Positions 1-12,969 of a stretch of DNA of 64,000 bases are shown piece after piece (position 1 is the stretch's first letter; every line of letters starts with the position of its first letter). The stretch is taken from positions 164,920,001 to 164,984,000 of the forward strand of contig OX597816.1 in assembly GCA_951406725.2 (NCBI GenBank), written 5' to 3'. The notes under the pieces were generated by a model. That model was not told the origin of the DNA and made no database searches. It saw nothing but the letters and a program-made list of their open reading frames with translations. Origin of the DNA: Octopus vulgaris (lineage: Eukaryota). The translations under genes and the position numbers were made by a program.

Positions 1-135
1 CGAGTTTTCAGAATGGCCATGGACTCTTCTGAGTTCCTCTGCCCTTTGCCGGGTTTTGTTTTTAATCCCCGCAGGATGTCAAAAATGCCTCCTCATAACC
101 AAGCAAACCCAGTGGGGTTGCCGGTTTAGTCGCCA
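1..135 (-). mobile_element. Diverged 5' leader fragment of an RTE-type LINE (continues past the left edge)
   Basis: Colinear with 23440-23572 of the full-length RTE (gagttcctctgccctttg...ggttttgtttt...tggggttgcc.gtttagtcgcca). Confidence 0.7.
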
Positions 136-195
136 CTTGTTAATCATTTTGGGTAATTATCAATCTGGGTAATTACTTGTTCACTATTACAATTT

Positions 196-197
<2 letters not shown>

Positions 198-253
<56 letters not shown>

Positions 254-273
254 GCTACTACTACTACTACTAT

Positions 274-316
<43 letters not shown>

Positions 317-326
317 GCTGCTGCTG

Positions 327-379
<53 letters not shown>

Positions 380-380
380 T

Positions 381-430
<50 letters not shown>
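198..430. repeat. (CTA)n/(CTG)n trinucleotide microsatellite
   Basis: Direct reading; explains the poly-L and poly-V ORFs. Confidence 0.98.
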
Positions 431-431
<1 letters not shown>

Positions 432-663
432 TCATCTCAATCGAAGGAGAGGAGCTTTCTCCGTCCGGGTTGCGGATCCGTGGAACAAGCTGCCAGACGA
501 GATGGTGAAGATGCCGACGACCGCTTTGTTCAAAGCCTCCCTGGACCTCAAGTGGCCTGAACTCTTTACATGAACACCACCCTGTACTTAACTCCATGTC
601 CCCCTACATGGCCTTGCTATTTGCTTTTGAGCCAAATTAACTAACTAACTAACTAACTAACTA
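430..663 (+). mobile_element. CR1-type LINE 3' end (ORF2 C-terminus, 3' UTR, (TAAC)n tail)
   Basis: Translates FHLNRRRGAFSVRVADPWNKLPDEMVKMPTTALFKASLDLKWPELFT*, resembling the CR1/L2 C-terminal motif FSxRVxxxWNxLP...FKxxLD; second copy at 11125-11395 on the minus strand. Confidence 0.8.
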
Positions 664-1387
664 TAGTTCCTACCCTATCTTATTTTCTTGTTCACTACTG
701 TAGTTTCATAATTATTACTACACATATGTTATTACTAGAAGGCCGAGGGGTTTTAATATTGTTTCCCCTGATTTCGTTAGACAAATAATGGCAGATTTAT
801 GGCTGTTGGTTTAGCTACTGCTGATGCTGCGGCGTTCAATAGAGAAGCGGGTTTGTTGTGTCTACTAATACAGGCTGTTTGATTGGACTGCTACTTGACA
901 TGCCTGGCGGTGAATTGGGGGCAGGAGCGGGGTGTTTTTGAAAGTAGCGTCGACAAGTCAGAACTAGCAAAGCTAAGATATAGAAATTTATAAACATCTT
1001 AAAGTTAAAAAAAGGAACAAAAAAAACATAGTATAACACATCACATCGTATTTATGATAAAGGAATCTATCAATAGAAAATCACATTGTAGTTAAGATGT
1101 AAAAAAAAAAATCTCTAAACATCTCAAAGTTTTAGCAAACTTATGGAAAAGTTATGGAAAGGCTTACACATTTTGGGAGAGAGCTGTTAAATGGCTATCC
1201 TATTGTGTGACTGCCCTGAGAATCAATTGGAAGATGAGGGAGTGTAGAGAGAGAGGGGGGGTGAAGAGGAAGCAGGTAGGTAAGCTCGCTAAAATTCCAG
1301 CGTGGACACGAATGTATAGAAATCTAGATTTTTTGGAAGGACCTAGCATAGCTAAGATATAGAAATGTATAAACATTTCAAAGTTGT

Positions 1388-1562
1388 GTTATTATTACTA
1401 CTACTACTATTATTATTATTGAGTGAGAGAGCAGTTCATGCCATCAAAATATACGAAGCCCAATATACCCATCATGACTACCCGTCTGATAAAGGTACAC
1501 CAGACACATGCATCACAACCATATTATTATTATCATCATCATTATTATTATTTTTATTATCA

Positions 1563-1624
<62 letters not shown>

Positions 1625-1630
1625 GTTATA

Positions 1631-1689
<59 letters not shown>

Positions 1690-1718
1690 CATTATTATTA
1701 TTATTATTATTATTATTG

Positions 1719-1814
<96 letters not shown>

Positions 1815-1854
1815 GTTATTATTATCATTATTATTATTATTATTATTATTGTTA

Positions 1855-1900
<46 letters not shown>

Positions 1901-1908
1901 CATTATTA

Positions 1909-1940
<32 letters not shown>

Positions 1941-2069
1941 TGTTTTCCTTACTTGTGTTTGAGACTATTGTCTCAACTTCTGTATTCACTGATTGTATTT
2001 CCTGGGTAGAATCATTCTAGAAATAGACAAAAATGAATAATAATAATAATGATAATAATAATAATAATG

Positions 2070-2116
<47 letters not shown>
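1388..2116. repeat. (TAT)n/(TAA)n microsatellite complex with short inserts (1420-1522, 1940-2035)
   Basis: Direct reading. Confidence 0.95.
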
Positions 2117-2117
<1 letters not shown>

Positions 2118-2139
2118 CCGAAATATTATAAGCATACTC

Positions 2140-3220
2140 TGTGACTAGAATTATGAGTATACACTGTGTAAGAAATAATAACGCACGTGGTCGCATTGTG
2201 TAGGGAATACGATCGCACGTGGTCATATTCTTAACGAATTATTATAAGCCATAAATACAATGCAGTGCCAACAGAATATAAGTGAATCAACGACAAGTCT
2301 TGCTGTGGAGAGATAAATATTATTTATTTTACAACCGTGTCAATGTTAAGAGTTCGTAAGCGTTAACACGTTTTTGCGCATGCAACACGTGTTTGTGTCT
2401 GTGTGTTCGTGTGTGTGACAGATACAATAAGGGTGAAAGCGTGTGACATAGTAGGTACAGAGCATAGAGTTAATGATGGAAATTGATTTACTGTTCATGA
2501 GGTACACGAAGTGTAAGCGTTCAATATCAAGATGTTGTGTCTCGGAGCTGAGATTAGTTGAATCACTTGTTGAGCTTATCTTTCTCTTGATATAGATATT
2601 CTTTCAGATATTCTTTCAGATATTCTTTCAGATACTGCAACTGTTTTTCCGTGGTGAGATTTTCACCTAACAGCATGAGTTGAATCTGTAGTTATCTTGC
2701 GTACAAGTTAAATCTTCGTAGATAGAGACGATGTTGGCGATGACATTATGTCTGTCGCTTGGTTTACTATAGCGTCTTCATATCATGTTTTGCTTGGTTA
2801 TTTTTCTCTTGATATAGATATTCTTTCAGATATATATACTGCAACTGTTTTTCCGTGGTGAGATTTTCACACTAACAGCATGAGTTGAATCTGTATTTAT
2901 CTTGTCGTGTACAAGTTGAATCTTCGTAGATGGAGACGATATTAGTACAATGATGGTGACGACGGCGGCGGAGATAGAAGGCTTTCTGTGGTGAGTGTAC
3001 ATTAGCGTCGTCGTGGATGATCGTCTGTCGCTGTGACTGGAACATGTTGAGTAGCTCTGTGGTCAGAGGTTTAGTCCTCATAAGGACTAGAAACCAAAGA
3101 CGCAAGTATACTGAAAAGACTCCCTTATATACAAGTAAGGTTACTCAACAGAGCCTAGGAAATGGGACCTTAACCAAAGGCCGTGATTGGTTGGTTTGGC
3201 CAGTGGCGCGAAATAAGTAG
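2140..3220 (-). mobile_element. Putative LTR-like (solo LTR) segment with an internal ~150-bp direct repeat
   Basis: On the minus strand: CCAAT (~3186-3190), TATATAAG (3124-3131), AATAAA (~2323-2328) and a ...CACA end at 2140. Direct repeat 2578-2735 / 2799-2945. No TSD found. Confidence 0.35.
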
Positions 3221-3344
3221 AGAGATAAGGTTTATCCGTGGGAAGAAAAGCCTACGAAAAAGACTACGGTAACCTCGGTCAATATTGTTATATGTTACCA
3301 CATTTGTTTGCAAGTGGGTAACCCTCTGTTTTCAATTTCAGGGT

Positions 3345-6300
3345 TCATAGGATTATGGTCAAGGTGGCTTCGTCATTCATACGTGCCATCCTTGCTACAT
3401 TCACCCATCTTTTTTTAAAACATTCGCTAGACAAAACTTGCCTCTCTACTCTCACTTTCCTTTTCAAGTGGTACTTGAAGAAGTTGATGAGAGATTGACC
3501 AGAGAGGAAAGTGTTTGTCTCCAATCCTTTCAGACGCGTCCACCAGACACATTCTTTCGCCATAGCCACAAGGATGATGAAAATAGCTCTTCCTTCCCGT
3601 TTGAAGGAAGGAGGCGTGACCATATTGACGATGGACTCAGCTGATAAACCGACTCGTCCCACACGTGACAGCAGTCGTTCGACATAAGCCCACAGGTCGG
3701 AAATTGTTGGACACTGCACGAGTGCGTGCAGAACGGTTTCGTCGCTCTGACCGCATCTCGGGCAGATCGGCCCCGTGTTTCCCGAGCCGTGTCTGTAGAG
3801 CTTATCCCGAACGGGTAGCGCTTCTCGGTAGCACTGCCAGGCCAGGGATCTCTGGAAGTTGTCCATGGGCCCTGGCCCGAAAATCGTCCCGAACAGGCGG
3901 GTCAGGTATTCCTCGTCGACGTCCAGGTTCGCCCCGAGCTCGTCGTCGTACCTCCCCTCCACTAATCCCCTATAGAATGTTTGGGTTGTGATGGAGTCAC
4001 TCAAGGTCGACCCGGGACGGCAGAGTTGCTTGAGAGCAACGCGACACTCGCGGTGCCATTCGCCCTTCCTCGGCCTCTTTTTGATCCACGACTGCAGTTT
4101 GGTCATGGAAACGAGCTGCGGGAAAGCGTGCCTCACAAACGGCGACCACACCTGTTCACCGTCGTCTACGTTCACCGTCGCAGTCTCAGCGCGTGTTTGC
4201 GCATCATCAACCACGGCATGCCCAGTCCTCCTTTTAACGGGTGTTGACAGCAAATGGATCGCCTGAACATCCTTTCCACAAGAAGCAAAAGAGAATGCGT
4301 TCTAGTTGGTGATGGTAGGGTCGGGACAAGGCACGACAGTCAGACGGTAGTAGATGACGGACGCGATGTACGTGTTCGCCACCTCCGCCCGACCTTTTAG
4401 GAACAGTTTCTTCTCGGCCCATTGCCGGGCGAGAGTGACCACCCTACTCGTCATCTCGTTCCAGTTCTTCTCCATTTGGAGGTCTGGACCGAACCAGACC
4501 CCAAGCAACTCGACCGGACCGTCGGTCCAGCGTCCCACAACGGAGGCGCTGATGGACGGCATGGGCTTGCTTCTCCAGGTGCCTAGTCGCAAGCCCACTG
4601 ACTTTTCCCGGTTGATTTTTGCTCCGGTCACCGCTTCGTAGATTTTCAGTGTCTCGCCGACCTGATCGATGTGCTCGTGGCTAGACACTATGACGTTGAC
4701 GTCGTCCGCGTATGCAGACACGCTCGTCCCGCATCCCAGTTCTCGCGGGATGCCCCTCAGAGTCGCCAGCTTCCGCAATAATGGCTCGAGAGTCAATACG
4801 TATAGAAGCGACGAGAGGGGGCATCCCTGACGGACCGAACGTGCAATATCGAAAGGTTTTGATAGATGTCCATTTACGCGAATTACCGAACGGATGCCTC
4901 TGTACAAAGCGGCTATTCAGCCGCGGAAGACGGGACCGAAACCAGCCGCTCTGAGGACAGCCTCCAAGTATCGATGGTCTACCCTATCAAAGGCTTTCGA
5001 TTGATCCAAATTGATCAGCGCCCCACCCATGCAAGGTTCGTTAACTACTCTGTCTATGATGTAGCGCATCAGGTGGAGGTTGTCATGGATGGTCCGTCCC
5101 GGCACGGCGCACGTTTGCGCCTTGTCGACCAGTTTCTCGATGACAAGCGCCAACCTCTTGGCTAACACCTTGGCCAAAATTTTCAAGTCTGCATCAAGCA
5201 GAGTGATGGGCCTAAAGTTATCTATCACATTCCTCTTGTTTAGATCTTTCTTCAGTAGTGTTACGGCTCCTCGGCTCACAAAACCAGGAATGTTCCCGTT
5301 TTGCTGCCAGTTGCAGTACACCGCTGCCAAGACGTCTCCAAACAAGTCTGGCATACAATTGTAAAGCTCGTAGGGTAGACCATCCAAACCCGGCGATTTG
5401 TCCCTCGAGCATTCTGCCATCGCGTCCTGCACTTCCGCAGCCGTGATGGCACCTTCGCAGCGCCCTGCCTCTCTTGTCGAGAGTCGTGGTAGGCTGTGTA
5501 GGTAGGCACTGAAGTCCACCCTACGTTCTTGCCTACCACTCGTTCCGAACAGTCGGGCAAAATGCTATTGAAAGGCCTCACACATTTTACTTGGCTCGAG
5601 CAATTCGCGCCCCTGTTCATCTACCAGAGACCGAATGGTGGCTTTGTTGCCCTGTTGCGCCTCTGCCACCCGGGCCTCTCTCGCGGCTCCAACACCTTCG
5701 TTCCTTAGAGCACGCATCCTAGCTCTGACAGCACACCCTTCGTGTTTGGCGTTGAAGTGTTGGTTGAGGGCCAATCTCGCCGCCAAAACGTCGGATGCAA
5801 TGCCGCTTCTAATTGTCTCTTCTAGCTTCTTAACTAGCTCACCCTCTACTCTATTTCTATCTATGGCTAGTGCTTTGCTGTACCTAATCGCTTCTGCTTT
5901 TACTGCTCTCTTGAGGGCAAACCACCATTTGTTGTTGATGATGGCTCCCGTCAAAGCCCTCTTTACTACTGTGCTAATGCGGTCTCTGAAAACCTGTCTC
6001 AATGGGAAAGACGCGTTTAGTTTCCAGTATCCGGGACCCTGCCTAAGTGTCTTACCTAAGTCTAGCGTACATGTCACAAGTTTATGATCCGTGTAGCTGA
6101 CTATGTGGAATTGTGGACATCCTATGCTATCCCTATCTACTGTCCTACTCAGTATCCTATGTAGATACGATCTCGACGACCCGATGCGGTTGCTCTATGT
6201 CCACGTTGGCGCATTCGGGTGGTCTAGTCGGAACCTGCCAGACAGTTGAAAGCATCTGAGCAGGTCTCTGAGGCATTTGCATCCCCGTCTATTCCTATCT

Positions 6301-7010
6301 CTACCCACGTAGTCTACATGCGTGTCCAAGGTAGCATTTCAATCCCCCACTAAGAGTAAAGGACGAGACGTTCCAAAGAATACTTCTAGACGTTGAAAGA
6401 AATCCGCCCGACCTGTTAAGGGCGGTGCGTAGACTGATACGAGTCGAAAAGCGCACCCATTGCTGCCGTCGACATCCAGGACGACCAGTCTACCCTCCGG
6501 GTCTACGAATATTGTCCTTACTTTGAGATCCAGACTCTTGTGAAAAAGTACCGCGGTGCCACTACCGCCCATTCTCGGCAGACAGGGGGAAAAAATAAAT
6601 GTTGAACTGTCCGCCAAACATGGTCTTTAGGGCCCGCGGATTGTGGAGTCTAGTCTCACTTATGGCTATGATTTCTAACTTGTGTGACTTTATGTCATTT
6701 AAGAGGTACCCTTGTTTTCAAGGGGACCCCAAGCCACGCGTATTTACACAACCAATCTTGATCATAATCCTAATGAATTAGAATACAAGTGAAAGGAACA
6801 GAGGGTTACTTACTGCACGAAGGTTTTTGCTTTCTCCTCCTTTGGTTTGTCCACGAGGAAGATCCCAGTACAAGTTTCTTTGTGAGGTATTTTTGGCATT
6901 TACCAACCGCACTGGGGAAAATGCCTTTTAGTGTGTGGTGCAGACTTCTGGAGATATGTAATATTTTGATGTGGTCTGGTGGTGTAGTGTATGGTCGATT
7001 GTTTGTTTTT
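3345..7010 (-). mobile_element. Tx1/L1-clade LINE, 5'-truncated in ORF1, ORF2 broken by stops and frameshifts
   Basis: APE motifs (IGCVNTRGL, ISETRL, SVYAPP, LVGD, GYWKLN); RT motifs (KSPGLDGLPYE, FRPITLLDADLKILAK, LDQSKAFDRVDH, VRQGCPLS, AYADD); GGLG; C-terminal CPRC...ETVLHALVQC zinc motif. Confidence 0.93.
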
Positions 7011-7411
7011 ATATCAGATAGATAGATATAAAGATAGATAGATAGATAAATAGATAGATAGATAGATAGATAGATAGATTTCTTTATTGGCCACGCAGGG
7101 CTAAACACAGAAGGGACGAAATACAAAGTAGAGCTTTTCTTTTGGGGAAGAAGAGAAGGGGAGGAAAAAAGGGCGCGAATTCCGATCAGACAGACAGACA
7201 GACAGACAGACAGAATCAGAAGCGTACAAAAAAAGACAGTGACAAGTGAGGGGACAACAAACAAGGCGTATTAGTCTAATGGCTCGGGAAAATACAAGAG
7301 TGTTCGTCGTTTCGAGCCTATGCTCTTCTACAAAAAAAAAAAAAGAATGAGGAAAGAAAACATTGGACAGAGAAAGGAAAACAGAAAAAAACGTGGACTA
7401 ACGGTTACACA

Positions 7412-7483
<72 letters not shown>

Positions 7484-7694
7484 CATATATATATACATAT
7501 ATATATGTCACAAATGGATATAGTTAAAATGTATCTCACCTTAAGAAATTGTAAATCTTCAGTTGCCTGAGTGATTTCTTGAAGGGATGTTATAACAGTC
7601 AGCCAAACAACCAGTGGAACAGGATAAGATGAGAAGTTACTCCCAAAATTGAACATCGTAGAAGCTTTTATTACGAGGCCTTACACATACGAAC

Positions 7695-7770
<76 letters not shown>

Positions 7771-7794
7771 ATGTATGTGTGGAAACACACACTC

Positions 7795-7835
<41 letters not shown>

Positions 7836-7837
<2 letters not shown>

Positions 7838-9601
7838 GCAAATGACAAACAGCTGGAAACACTATTAAAGACATTTCACGGAACTGCAAATGGCAAACAG
7901 CTGGAAACACTATTAAAGACATTTCACGGAACTGCAAATGACAAACAGCAGGAAACACTATTAAAGACAGTTCATGGAACTGCAAATGACAAACAGCTGG
8001 AAACACTATTAAAGACAGTTCATGGATTTACCAAAGAAATAGATATGAAATTTAGATTAGAAAAATGCGCCAAAGTAACCCTGAAAAGAGGAAAACTAGT
8101 TAAGAGTAGCAACATCACACTAGATAAAACCAATGAAATAAAAGAATTATAACCAAAGCCAAACTTACAAATGCTTAGGAATCCATGAACTAGATAAGAC
8201 ACAACACACACAAATGAAAGAGAAAATAAAAAAAGAATATTATAGACGAGTTAGATCAATACTAAAAACAGAGCTCAATGCTAAAAACAAGATAATAGGT
8301 ATCAACACTTTAGCCGTCCCAGTTATAAGTTACAGCTACAATATCCTTAACTGGACACTAAATGAACTGACCAAAATAGATAGGAAAACAAGAAAAATAC
8401 TGACAGGATCTAGGATGCATCACCCAAAATCTGACATAGAAAGACTATATATACAACGTATAGAAGGTGGTAGAGGCCTTATACAGCTGGAAAACTACTA
8501 TAAAATAACCCCCATAGGACTGCAAAAATACCTACTTTAGAAGGAAGGAAAACTGATACAAATAGCGGCAAAACACGAGCAAAACAAAAAACTGTTCTCA
8601 GTATTTAAGGAAGTTGACAAATACAAACAAGAAATCATACCACCTAACAAATATGAAGAAGAAGAAGAAAATGAAGAAACAACAAAAGCTATAAAACAAA
8701 TGAAATCCAAACTAAAACTAGAACAGCAAAGAACCATGATAAAACGATGGCAAGAAAAGCCCTTCATGGTAAATACTGGACTAAACTAAATGCAAAAGAA
8801 ATAGACAAAGAAAAATCCCAACAATGGTTGAGAAGCTCAGGACTCAAAGCAGAGACAGAGGGATTTTTAATTGCAACACAAGACCAAAGCCTCCGCACTA
8901 GAAATTACCAAAAACATGTAATGAAAAGAAATAAAACAAGTAACTGCAGAATATGTGGAGATGGACAAGAAACAATAAATCATATTATCTCTAGCTGCCC
9001 AGTCCTGGCTAAGAAGGAATATATTCACAGACATGACAGAGTTGGGACCTACATACACTGGAAGCTATGCCAACATTATGGAATAACAACAGAAAAAAGA
9101 TGGTATAGGCACACACCAGAAAGGTCATAGAAAACGAGAAATCAACCATACTCTGGGATATGCCCATACACACAGATAGAGAAATTAAGGCCAACAGACC
9201 AGATATAGTTGTCAGAGATCATGAAGAAAAAAATGCTTTCTAATTGATGTATCAATACCAGCAGATGACAACGTGTCTCTAAAAGAAATGGAGTAACTTT
9301 CAAAATAGAAAGACCTGGAAATAGAGGTAACCAGAATGTGGAATCTAAAAACAGAAACAATTCCTATCATAATAGGTGCATTAGGCATGATAAAAAAAAA
9401 ATATTCAGACAAATACATAACAAAAACACCAGGACTTACAAACATATATAACATACAGAAAATTGCACTACTAGGCACTGCACACATCCTACGCAGAACA
9501 CTTTCCATACAGTAACCATCACAACAAATCACAGCACATACCCAAGGCACACAGAGCTGCGCTCGGTAGTGAAGTGAAAGCACGCTATAAAAATAAAACT
9601 A

Positions 9602-9605
<4 letters not shown>
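7836..9605 (+). mobile_element. R4/Dong-like RLE LINE copy 1, 5'-truncated, inside (TAA)n
   Basis: RT thumb (EKCAKVTLKRGK, GGRGL), CCHC (CRICGDGQETINHIISSC), restriction-like endonuclease (RPDIVVRD...LIDVSIP); (TAA)n on both sides. Confidence 0.92.
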
Positions 9606-9636
<31 letters not shown>

Positions 9637-9637
<1 letters not shown>

Positions 9638-10314
9638 GTTTGAACACGTTTAAGAATTTGGACAGCGAATATTATTGCCGCAACTTTGTTGCTATTGCCG
9701 CTGCTGGTGTGTGCTCACAACAGTCTCAGCTAACGGAATGAAATCTTGGATTTCTTAGAGTAAATTTTTTTAATGGCTGTTTTTAGTATGTTTATTTTAT
9801 TCATTTTATTGTTTTACGCGGTTTTAATGTCTGAGGCGTTAGTTTTAGGTTCGTATAAGTGTTTAAGGACACAATTTTAGTGATTGTAACTTGTAAGTTG
9901 TAATGTAACACTAGCATTCATACTAAAGTTAGTGTTGTTGCTGTTGGTTTGTAGTTGATAATGTTTTATAATTGCACAGCGAGAAGAGGAAGAGAAATAT
10001 AATCGGTTGGACTCCATGCATGCGAGACTCCGGTCAAACGTTTTTGCATCTAGTCCTGCAAATTGTATTTCTATATGACAGACCATGCTGACGAGATTAC
10101 AGTTTATCCTTGCGGATATTAATAATCGAAACTGATTCAGTACATGGGTAATCATTTTTATTTCGTATATTTTCATTTGTCTTGCTTATTTTTAATGCTT
10201 TGGTTTTGTGGTGAGTTTTTATTTGAGAACATATTCTTTGTGGAAAATAGCGATTTGACGTCTATATCTAGCATGTTGACCGTCCACTTTTTGAGTGGTC
10301 AGTCCTTTAAATTT

Positions 10315-10315
<1 letters not shown>
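9637..10315 (+). mobile_element. Penelope-like pseudo-LTR remnant containing a hammerhead; ends at (TA)n
   Basis: Near-identical partial copy at 16135-16458 and diverged relative at 42170-42440; all carry an HHR and end at (TA)n. Confidence 0.65.
10082..10149 (+). ncRNA. Type I hammerhead ribozyme, canonical core
   Basis: Stem I ccatg/catgg; CUGACGA 10088-10094; stem II gatta..tatcc-ttgc-ggata..taatc with G10.1-C11.1; GAAA 10128-10131; stem III ctg-att-cag; GUA site 10140-10142. Confidence 0.9.
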
Positions 10316-10341
<26 letters not shown>

Positions 10342-10345
<4 letters not shown>

Positions 10346-10765
10346 ACTTACTTTACTTTACTTTTACTTGTTTCAGTCATTTGACTGCGGCCATGCTGGA
10401 GCACCGCCTTTAGTTGAGCAAATCGACCCCGGGACTTATTCTTTGTAAGCCCAGTACTTATTCTATCGGTCTCTTTTTGCCGAACCGCTAAGTGACGGGG
10501 ACGTAAACACACCAGCATCGGTTGTCAAGCAATGCTAGAGGAACAAACACAGACACACAAACACGCACACATACATATATATATATATATATATACATAT
10601 ATACGACAGGTTTCTTTCAGTTTTCCGTCTACCAAATCCACTCACAAGGCATTGGTCGGCCCGGGGCTATAGCAGAAGACACTTGCCCAAAATGCCACGC
10701 AGTGGGACTGAACCCGGAACCATGTGGTTGGTTTGCAAGCTACTTACCACACAGCCACTCCTGCG

Positions 10766-10767
<2 letters not shown>
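10342..10767 (-). mobile_element. tRNA-derived SINE family A, full length
   Basis: A-box-like TGGCTGTGTGG, B-box-like GGTTCAGTCCC, internal (TA)/(TG) tract, tail ggcggtgctccagcatggccgcagtcaaatgactgaaac. Other copies near 12870-13130, 18245-18925, 31957-32092, 35620-35965, 46976-47365, 51900-52040, 52960-53310, 63143-63555 and 63590-64000. Confidence 0.88.
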
Positions 10768-10837
<70 letters not shown>

Positions 10838-11124
10838 ATGAGGGGTTTTGTTCACTGGTGATCTAAACGAATAGGAATGCTGAGTAAGTGCTATAATTGG
10901 TCTTCTGTTAGGTTCAAGTTCACAGCTGAGGGTGGGACTAGGGATCTGTTGTAGGCTTCCGTGTTAGCAGGTATATATTAAAGGAAAAGGACAACAAAGG
11001 CAGGACGAGTATCTCAAGTCATTTATAATAATTTAGAGTAAGGTGAATTTGAAGACTTACATCAGAAACAAGGTGAGTATATATGAAAGTTCCAAACAGG
11101 GGATTTTGCTAGTTATAAGAAATA

Positions 11125-11395
11125 AGTTAGTTAGTTAGTTAATTTTTGGCTCAAAAAGCAAAAAGCAAGGCCATGTAAGGGGACATGGAGTTATGTACAG
11201 GGTGGTGTTCATGTAAAGAGTTCAGGCTACTTGTGGTCAAGGGAGACTTTGAACCGAGCGGTCGTCGGCATCTTCACCATCTCGTCCGGCAGCTTATTCC
11301 ACGGATCCGCAACCCGGACGGAGAAAGCCCCTCTCCTTCGATTGAGATGAAATCGTCGAAGATAGAGCATTTCAGAGTGACCCCGCAGCCGACGC
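11125..11395 (-). mobile_element. CR1-type LINE 3' end, second copy
   Basis: Reverse complement of 430-663 with (TAAC)n tail; lies between the arms of an inverted PLE-like pair (10982-11095 / 11530-11709). Confidence 0.8.
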
Positions 11396-11714
11396 TCTTA
11401 TTGTTCTTAGTCTTCATAAATAAAATAGAAGAACAAAGAGCCTAAGTAGAGAGAAGACTACAAGAATACAAGAATTCTTCTATCTACTTATACTTTTTCT
11501 TCTGTTTTATTCCTTATAAATTTTCTGTCTGAAACTTTCATATATACTTACATTGTTGCTGATGACGGAATACCCAATGTATGGACATCTAGCCTATAAC
11601 TTGGGACATCTAAGAAACAGCCATAAGACATCAAATTCACCTTACTCTGAATTATTATAAATGACTTGAGATATTATTCGTCTTGTTTTGCTTTTTGTTG
11701 TCCTTTTCCTCTCA

Positions 11715-11808
<94 letters not shown>

Positions 11809-11916
11809 ATAAAATATTAGGGAATAAATCCAAACTTACACGGAAAAATCAGATTTAGGATTGAATCCAATTTTATAGTAAAATATTATATTATATTAAA
11901 TTAGAGATAAAACCAC

Positions 11917-12299
11917 TATTAGGCAAATCAAACAATGAAAAACTTAAGCCAATACATAAAATTAATTAATTTATATTATTTTAAATATATATCAAAAGTA
12001 TTAAAAGTTTAATAAAAGATAATGAGTAAAACACTACGATCGTTTCATGGCTGTCCAATTCGTAATAATTCGAATTATGGTTACAGTCAATCTTCGCTAA
12101 GATAAATATTTCAAGTACCTGAAGATTGACTGTAACCATAACTCGAATTATTACGAATTGGACAGCCATGAAACGATCGTAGTGTTTTACTCATTATCTT
12201 TTATTAAACTTTTAATACTTTTGATATATATTTAAAATAATATAAATTAATTAATTTTATGTATTGGCTTAAGTTTTTCATTGTTTGATTTGCCTAATA
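11917..12299. repeat. Near-perfect inverted repeat (179-bp arms, 25-nt spacer), PLE-like, between (TA)n tracts
   Basis: Arms 11917-12095 and 12121-12299; one mismatch seen; contains an HHR. Confidence 0.93.
12113..12187 (+). ncRNA. Type I hammerhead ribozyme (CUGAAGA, U10.1/U11.1, palindromic stem III)
   Basis: Stem I aagtac/gtgttt; CUGAAGA 12119-12125; stem II tgactgt/acagcca with one mismatch; GAAA-c-gatc-GUA (ACGATCGT palindrome). Confidence 0.75.
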
Positions 12300-12336
12300 T
12301 ATATGTATGTATGTATGTATATCTGTATACACACAC

Positions 12337-12398
<62 letters not shown>

Positions 12399-12405
12399 AC
12401 ACATA

Positions 12406-12530
12406 CAGAGTGATTCAAAAGTCGCAATACATAAGAAAAAAACTTTTTATAAGAAACAGTTTTTTTTATTTAATTGTTTCTTATTAAAAAATACATTTTC
12501 CCTATGTATGAGGACTTTTGAATCACCCTC
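12406..12530. mobile_element. Tc1/mariner-type MITE
   Basis: TIRs cagagtgattcaaaagtc / gacttttgaatcaccctc, flanked by TA on both sides. Confidence 0.8.
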
Positions 12531-12639
12531 TATAACGATATACGGACCGACAGAAACGAAAGGAGTTATGGTGGACTTGATACGTACATTCACGAAGACC
12601 TCACACCCCAGGTCCTTTTGTCACGCTGAAATTTAGTGT

Positions 12640-12860
12640 AGTTATATGTACTACATATCGCTCTCCGGATGCTCCGAATCATGCAGACAAGTTCGAAGAC
12701 AGCTTTACAAAAATAAATGTTCTAGTTACATTAGAACAGAACATAAGTGCATTTATGGGAGACTTCGATCTGCCCAATGTCGGATGACCTGAGGACCTTT
12801 TTCTCCCAGGAATGGTGCGTTGCGAACAAGGACAGGTGAAGTCCCTCCTAAACTGACAAA
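12640..12860 (+). mobile_element. Decayed LINE AP-endonuclease fragment (CR1-like)
   Basis: Translates TYRSPDAPNHADKFEDSF...FMGDFDLPNV with stops; matches the YRxP and GDFN motifs. Confidence 0.6.
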
Positions 12861-12930
12861 CACAGGTAGGGGGACAAACACAGACACACAAATACATACA
12901 CACACACACATGCACACACACACACGCGCA

Positions 12931-12969
<39 letters not shown>

